NCBI GenBank assembly: GCA_030167865.1
Contig: JALAGF010005673.1
Location: 1-61,575 of the forward strand
Source: Craspedostauros australis
Taxonomy: Eukaryota
Direction of reading: 5' to 3'
Length of the DNA stretch: 61,575 nucleotides
Shown: one piece after another, positions 55,449 to 61,575 of the stretch
Numbering within the stretch: position 1 is the stretch's first letter
How the letters are laid out: each line of letters starts with the position of its first letter
Program-made: the position numbers and the translations under genes
The notes under the pieces: generated by a model
Databases searched by the model: none
Told to the model about the DNA's origin: nothing
The model's input: the letters and a program-made list of their open reading frames with translations, nothing else

Positions 55449-56861
55449 ATGACAAGCGTCGCGAACCAAGCAAGACGACGGATAGCAGTCGCCATGAGCG
55501 GAGGCGTGGACTCCTCCGTCGCTGCCTACCTCGTGACGCAGAGCAAGATGCACGACATCATTGGCGTGCACATGTCCAACTGGGACTTCCAGCAGGAAGA
55601 CCCCGACCGTCGTTTGCCCGATTGTCTGGAGCAGGAGTGGAAGGACGCGCAAGCAGTCGCCCAGCATCTGGCCATTGACATTCAGCACGTCTCGTTCACG
55701 GCTGACTACTGGAATCAGGTCTTCCAGCCCTACTGCGATGGCCTGTCATCCGGGATCATGCCGAATCCCGATGTGGACTGCAACCGCTACATTAAATTCG
55801 GGAGTCTCCGGGAGCACATTGCGAAACGTTTCGGCAAGGATACGTTTCTGGCAACGGGTCATTACGCTCGCGTATGGGATCCTCATTCATCCATGGCAAC
55901 GGCAACAATGACCACATCAGCGACCAATGCTAGCGGTATCCCGGAATGCTTGGAGCGATGTTTTGACGAGGAACCGGATGTTGCGGATCTGCTGCGCAAC
56001 ACGGAAGAGCCTCTGCTACTTGCAGCTGTCGATAAGACGAAGGATCAATCCTACTTCCTATGCGGCGTGCAACAACCTTCCTTTCGCAACGTCACCTTTC
56101 CGCTGGGCAAATACTTGAAGAAGCCTGCACCAAACTCGCCATTATCAGCGTCAGTGCAGAGCCCAGTGCAGACCGTCCGAAGCATCGCAGAAGAAGCAAA
56201 CCTTCCCACGGCGTCCAAACGAGAATCCATGGGAATTTGCTTCATCGGAAAGCGCACTACGTTTGGTGACTTCGTGCAACAGTACATGGCACCAACAGAC
56301 ACAAATGGCAACGACACTACCCCCACATCCGGAAAACTCATCAGCGTCGACGACGGCAGCATCGTCGGCACATTCGATCCGCACAATGACACCAAGCTCA
56401 TGTACGCGACGACGGGACAAGGCGCCAAAATCCCGGGAGCATCACAACGATGGTTCATCGTGACGAAGACGTCGCCTTCGGAAATCTTCGTGTGCCCCGG
56501 CACGCATCATCCAGCGCTGTACGTTGATACGATACGCATACGCAACATGAATTGGCTGCTGCAAGATGATCCCCATCAATTGACGCGCGCCAAGTGCCGC
56601 ATACGGCATCTGCAGCCGTTGGTCGATTGCGAATTGCGGTGGCGGGACGGAGACATGGAGGTCACATTCGATAAACCATTGCGCGGTGTGGCGGCGGGGC
56701 AGATTGCGGCATTTTACATTGGTGGGGATGGATTGGTCTGTCTGGGAGGTGGCCAGATTGCGCACTGCGGTCCCACGTATCATGAGCAGGGCAAGTCGTT
56801 GGTGACGGACGAGTTGCATCCTTCCGGTCAGAACGATAAATCTGTACGATCGTCTTCGTAA
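55449..56861 (+). CDS. mnmA: tRNA-specific 2-thiouridylase (MnmA/TRMU)
   Basis: AMSGGVDSSV PP-loop, PNPDVDCNRYIKF, ATGHYAR, KDQSYFL, ESMGICFIG, GQIAAFY. Confidence 0.93.
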   Translation: MTSVANQARRRIAVAMSGGVDSSVAAYLVTQSKMHDIIGVHMSNWDFQQEDPDRRLPDCLEQEWKDAQAVAQHLAIDIQHVSFTADYWNQVFQPYCDGLSSGIMPNPDVDCNRYIKFGSLREHIAKRFGKDTFLATGHYARVWDPHSSMATATMTTSATNASGIPECLERCFDEEPDVADLLRNTEEPLLLAAVDKTKDQSYFLCGVQQPSFRNVTFPLGKYLKKPAPNSPLSASVQSPVQTVRSIAEEANLPTASKRESMGICFIGKRTTFGDFVQQYMAPTDTNGNDTTPTSGKLISVDDGSIVGTFDPHNDTKLMYATTGQGAKIPGASQRWFIVTKTSPSEIFVCPGTHHPALYVDTIRIRNMNWLLQDDPHQLTRAKCRIRHLQPLVDCELRWRDGDMEVTFDKPLRGVAAGQIAAFYIGGDGLVCLGGGQIAHCGPTYHEQGKSLVTDELHPSGQNDKSVRSSS

Positions 56862-57077
56862 CATATCGTTCTGCAGTTCTATTTCTTTGTGATTGTGTAT
56901 TCGGAGTATTTCTCCTTGTCCCATAAGGTGGAGTCCACCAAACATGTTTGAAGATATGACGCGAAAGCCATTGCATGTTGCTGTAAAATATTGCTACGTT
57001 AGTCGCAATCTTAACTGCTGTGCCATGCTCTTCCAGAGGGACCAAGGACACAGCATGCTGATAGTCGGATTGGTCGC

Positions 57078-58075
57078 TTAGAATTCTGGCTCTTCTTCCT
57101 TGAAGAAATTTCCGACGAGAGCGGCGATCATGAGGACACCCAAGGCTGGCTGAACGAATGCCTCGAAGTTGTCTGATTATGATTTGCAGTGGTGTCACAA
57201 TGGAATTGACGCGTCGAACATCATCATGAAATGGGTCGTTGCAACAGCGAAATGAACGTAAGTTTTGGTGGTGAGATGGTATTCAACGCACTCCGTCTGG
57301 AAGGTTTACTTTCGCACCGCTGTAGCGGGACATACACAGTACAAGTACAAGTACAAATGCAAGCACGTCATGACTGGCAGAGTAGCGTAGGTGTCTTGTT
57401 TCACAACTAAGACACAGGCTTGCCCTCCATCCTCATTCGATGATCGACGACTGTTGCACGCTTTGACTTACTATTGAAGGCAATTTGGACCGTATCGTCC
57501 CGAAGCACCGAGCTGCAGAAGATGCCCAGGAGGAACCAGAGCAAGAATCCGCAGACAATGAAGAAATCGACCGTCACGATGGTGGACAGAGCATCGCGGA
57601 TCTTGGCCTTGATGTCGCCACCCTCTTCCGTCGACATGTCGTCCCCTTGGCGCTCTTTCATGAGACGTGCATCCTGCAGCAGCATTTCGAGGCTGTCATC
57701 CGAGTTCATGTTTGATGCCACCGACCGAGCGGCTGACCTCTGCGCTTGTCGCACCTCGTCCATGGTTGGCTTCTGTAGCACTCGTTGGACGGACAGTTCC
57801 ACAGCAGCGTCTTCGCGTGGCTTCAGCACCGGCGTCGGATCAGCAGCAGCAGCAGCAGCAGCAGGTGGGGCTGGAGACTCCTCCTTCGCCGCTTCAGATC
57901 CTTCCCCGTCGACAGCAGCTCTGCAGATGAACGGTCTGCGCTGCATCACCGCCGCTTGTCGGAGCCCACGGTTGAGAACTGATGGTCGCTGGTGAGGTTG
58001 GCCATTCAGGAAACCGTCCACAGCGTTCGTGGCGCACAGAAGTGCTGATATCAGCAGAAGTAGCTTGGAACTCAT
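57078..58075 (-). CDS. Uncharacterised, probably plastid-targeted membrane protein; 2 exons, ~232 aa
   Basis: Exons 58075-57472 and 57172-57078 (GTAAGT...CAG). Signal peptide ends VDG-FLN; two C-terminal hydrophobic helices. Confidence 0.72.
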
Positions 58076-58655
58076 CCTGGAGATCTTCCCTCGGCTTGTT
58101 ACTTGTATGGTGGGTGGCGTTGCTATGAATTCCGCAGATATCGCTGATGTCACGAGGCAGCGATTTGATTTTGTGTCAAAAGAGAGGTGGATGGCAATGG
58201 TGGTGATGGCTGTTTGTCGCACCTCGTTTGTCAAAGAGCGTTGGTAGTTTTGGATTCTACAAGATACACGCGACTGATTCGTGATTCGCAGCGCTCTCTC
58301 CTTTGTGTGGACGTCATGGAGCGTGTTGTGGGAATGTCCGTTTCGATCATTGTAACGAACGAATACTGTCGACGTACACACTCTCACGTGAATAGTTTAC
58401 GCTTCGGTGCAGATGCTCTTGCGATGTCAAGATGCACACTCATGTGATGGAAAGATTACCTGCCGGTACGGTGTATTCGTGTCCATGCATCCGTGCATGT
58501 TCATCGTGATGGGTTAAGTATGAATTCAGTTGTGTCGTTGGTGCTGTTTTTGGCGTTGCACTGAGAGTCTTCATCAGGCAGTTTCCGATAGCGTTTCTAA
58601 TTGATTGTTGCACTGATGTGCTTGCCGATCACCAGACTTGACGTTCGTCAGTCAT

Positions 58656-59441
58656 CTATCGAACTGGGGACGCAGCAGAGGTTGCTTTCGGGTTGTTCAA
58701 ATCCGACTTTGAACCTGCGTTGAGCGTGCTGAGTGCATTGTTCGCAACCTCCACAATGTAGTCGAAATCAAATGTCGGCGATGAGTAATGACACTGCTGC
58801 TTGCGGTGGTGCTCCAAATGGTCGTGTGTGGTGACCCACCATTCCGGCAACACACGCTGTGCCCAAGCTTCGAGCTTTGGCGTGTGAACGAGAATATTGC
58901 ATGTGGACAGGATCCCCGCTCCGATGGTGAGCGACAGTTTGTCCAGTGGGAAGATAAGTGTTGTGATGATGAATGGTGTGACGTACGCCATAGAGTATTC
59001 TGTGAACGACACAGCGTTGGCTGCGCTCGGCGGGGCGTAGACGTTGAACTGATGGTGGAACTTGTGGTATTTGTAAAGCGCGGGGTATTCGTGGAACGCC
59101 TTGTGGATGACGTAGTACTGCGCTCCGTGTCCCAAGAGGACGCAGACCACGCTGAATATCTGCCGATGAATGTCCATGCCTTGTTCATCGATCGCAATCA
59201 TGCAAGAGATGATGAAGCCTGGAACACCCAGAAGGAAGAGGTAGAGGAAGTTGGCTGCAATTGCCCTCGCATACAAGTCTTTCCCATTGGGCTGAGACAG
59301 CACTCCCTTCACGGTGTCGATGCACCACACCTCCATCGCAACTGTAAGAATGATCGTACCAGCGAGAAGCTGGGCGGCATCCTTGCCATGATCGCTGATT
59401 GCCTGCGTCACCAAATCTGAAACCTCTTGGATGTTCATCAT
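58656..59441 (-). CDS. Fatty acid hydroxylase / sterol desaturase superfamily protein (copy 1), ~261 aa
   Basis: His boxes HKAFH, HKFHH, ILVH and HDHLEHH; hydrophobic segments. Confidence 0.85.
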   Translation of the reverse strand: MMNIQEVSDLVTQAISDHGKDAAQLLAGTIILTVAMEVWCIDTVKGVLSQPNGKDLYARAIAANFLYLFLLGVPGFIISCMIAIDEQGMDIHRQIFSVVCVLLGHGAQYYVIHKAFHEYPALYKYHKFHHQFNVYAPPSAANAVSFTEYSMAYVTPFIITTLIFPLDKLSLTIGAGILSTCNILVHTPKLEAWAQRVLPEWWVTTHDHLEHHRKQQCHYSSPTFDFDYIVEVANNALSTLNAGSKSDLNNPKATSAASPVR

Positions 59442-59853
59442 GCTCACTGCTGCAATTGATGACGGTTGCTTCGTCTCGTAACGCTCTGCTTAGGACCTTC
59501 CCGATTTTATTCTTTTCGTTCTTTGCGGAGTTGGCAGAGTGGGTCTTTCTGCCTCTGTGCATTCACTCTCAGCTCCATGATGGGATGGTATCTATCCGCT
59601 GCCCATCCCATCTCTGTGGTTGCTTGCGCGTTCTCTTGCTCTCGAAGTGTTGTGGCAACAAACACTTCGGTCATCGCGGATTTGTGTTCGGCCTTGGGAC
59701 CACTTCGCGCGCGAATCAACAAGTACGATGACTCTTGCGCGGTCTGTCCACCTACCCGTTTGCGCGCCAAATTGAGAAACTGCGAGAGTCTCGACAACGA
59801 ACCGAGGAGGGAGACGAATGGGAGGAAACCAACATTGCAGTAGTCGTAAAGTC

Positions 59854-59883
59854 CCAAGACCAAGACCAAGACCAAGACCAAGA
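59854..59883. repeat. (CCAAGA)n hexanucleotide microsatellite, ~5 copies
   Basis: Directly visible tandem repeat. Confidence 0.9.
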
Positions 59884-60111
59884 ACAAACCACACACAGAA
59901 AACGAAAGCATCCTTTGACCCATCCTACTGCATAGTATTTCCTGTAACGTGTGTATGTCTATGTTTATGTTCATGTTTATTAATCTATAATATCATCCAA
60001 TGGAATGCCGAATCTCAATGAGTGTTCAGTGATTTGTGTGCAAAGGTCTGTTCCGAGTCGTCGCAATGCCCTCCTGTATCGTTCAAGCACAAAGCTGATA
60101 TCTTTCATCAT

Positions 60112-61312
60112 TTATCGAGCTGGGGACGCAGCAGAGGTTGCTTTCGGGTTGTTCAAATCCGACTTTGAACCTGCGTTGAGCGTGCTGAGTGCATTGTTCG
60201 CAACCTCCACAATGTAGTCGAAATCAAATGTCGGCGATGAGTAATGACACTGCTGCTTGCGGTGGTGCTCCAAATGGTCGTGTGTGGTGACCCACCATTC
60301 CGGCAACACACGCTGTGCCCAAGCTTCGAGCTTTGGCGTGTGAACGAGAATATTGCATGTGGACAGGATCCCCGCTCCGATGGTGAGCGACAGTTTGTCC
60401 AGTGGGAAGATAAGTGTCGTGATGATGAATGGTGTGACGTACGCCATAGAGTATTCTGTGAACGACACAGCGTTGGCTGCGNNNNNNNNNNNNNNNNNNN
60501 NNNNNNNNNNNNNNNNNNNNNNNNNNNNNNNCTGGGGACGCAGCAGAGGTTGCTTTCGGGTTGTTCAAATCCGACTTTGAACCTGCGTTGAGCGTGCTGA
60601 GTGCATTGTTCGCAACCTCCACAATGTAGTCGAAATCAAATGTCGGCGATGAGTAATGACACTGCTGCTTGCGGTGGTGCTCCAAATGGTCGTGTGTGGT
60701 GACCCACCATTCCGGCAACACACGCTGTGCCCAAGCTTCGAGCTTTGGCGTGTGAACGAGAATATTGCATGTGGACAGGATCCCCGCTCCGATGGTGAGC
60801 GACAGTTTGTCCAGTGGGAAGATAAGTGTNGTGATGATGAATGGTGTGACGTACGCCATAGAGTATTCTGTGAACGACACAGCGTTGGCTGCGCTCGGCG
60901 GGGCGTAGACGTTGAACTGATGGTGGAACTTGTGGTATTTGTATAGCGCGGGGTATTCGTGGAACGCCTTGTGGATGACGTAGTACTGCGCTCCGTGTCC
61001 CAAGAGGACGCAGACCACGCTGAGTATCTGCCGATGAATGTCCATGCCTTGTTCATCGATCGCAATCATGCAAGAGATGATGAAGCCTGGAACACCCAGA
61101 ATGACGAGGTAGAGGATGTTGGCTGCAATTCCCTTCATGTACAAGTCTTTCCCCTTGGGCTGAGATAGGAGCCCCTTCACGGTGTCGATGCACCACACCT
61201 CCATCGCAATTGTAAGAATGATCGTGCCAGTGAGAAGCCGGGCAGCATCCTTGCCATGATCGCTAACTGCCTGTGCAGCCACATCTGAAATGTCCTGGAT
61301 GAGTTTGTTCAT
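60112..61312 (-). CDS. Fatty acid hydroxylase / sterol desaturase protein (copy 2, tandem paralog), interrupted by an N-gap with duplicated flanks
   Basis: ATG at 61312 and the same His boxes as copy 1. Sequence 60120-60481 is repeated at 60532-60893 across the N-run (60482-60531). The stop is at 60112. Confidence 0.8.
60482..60531. other. Assembly gap (50 N)
   Basis: Run of N characters. Confidence 0.99.
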
Positions 61313-61436
61313 TGTTTCCTTCTCGCGATTGATTATTGTTGTTCCGATTGGTAGTTGTATGAGCTTGTTGTGAACCTTTCCGATTGTCTTCTTTTCGTTT
61401 TTATGTGAAGTTGACGGAGGGGGGTCACATCTGGTT

Positions 61437-61487
61437 CATCATCTCGTTGGCTCCCGCATCATCTCGTTGGCTTCCGCATCATCTCGC
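61437..61487. repeat. 20-bp tandem repeat (CATCATCTCGTTGGCTYCCG) x ~2.5, upstream of hydroxylase copy 2
   Basis: Directly visible. Confidence 0.88.
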
Positions 61488-61575
61488 TGTGTGGTGCTTT
61501 CGCTTTCTGCTGGTTAGTTGTTGACCTTTACCATGTAGGATGTCTATTTCACTGGTCCCATGTCTGTCTGGTGGG

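Noticed and set aside
60112..60481. Apparent third copy of the hydroxylase gene
   Set aside because: It is essentially identical to 60532-60893 on the other side of a 50-N gap, so it is most simply an unmerged contig overlap. A real third copy cannot be excluded without long reads.
61437..61487. Short direct repeats (also 25818-25878 and 46069-46166) as CRISPR-like arrays
   Set aside because: No series of unique spacers, no cas genes, and a eukaryotic context.

Overview
Gene-dense, intron-containing eukaryotic nuclear DNA, most likely from a diatom. Support: signal peptide + 'A/G-F' (ASAFAP-like) plastid presequences, a frustulin-type CEGDC domain, PT-repeat surface proteins and GT-AG introns. 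About 25 protein-coding genes can be reconstructed by hand with 16 frame-consistent introns. They include a bacterial-type CoaD, an RlmI-type methyltransferase with a degenerate RluA-like domain, a trypsin-frustulin-domain protein, a PT-repeat/TM/PDZ protein, a stand-alone lipoyl-domain protein, a ketosamine kinase, a HAD + SAM-methyltransferase + MDR triple fusion, DNAJC2, RF2, an F-box protein, CEPT, a WW protein, an SDR, a STIMATE-like protein, a CCCH-Smr protein, DGK, an RluA-family synthase, MnmA, and tandem fatty-acid-hydroxylase/sterol-desaturase paralogs spanning an assembly gap. I saw no rRNA, tRNA, CRISPR array or recognisable transposon. The best candidates for undescribed biology are the triple-fusion enzyme (22237-25191) and the apparently inactive pseudouridine synthase/methyltransferase fusion (2180-5308). 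All family calls come from motif recognition by eye, not database searches.
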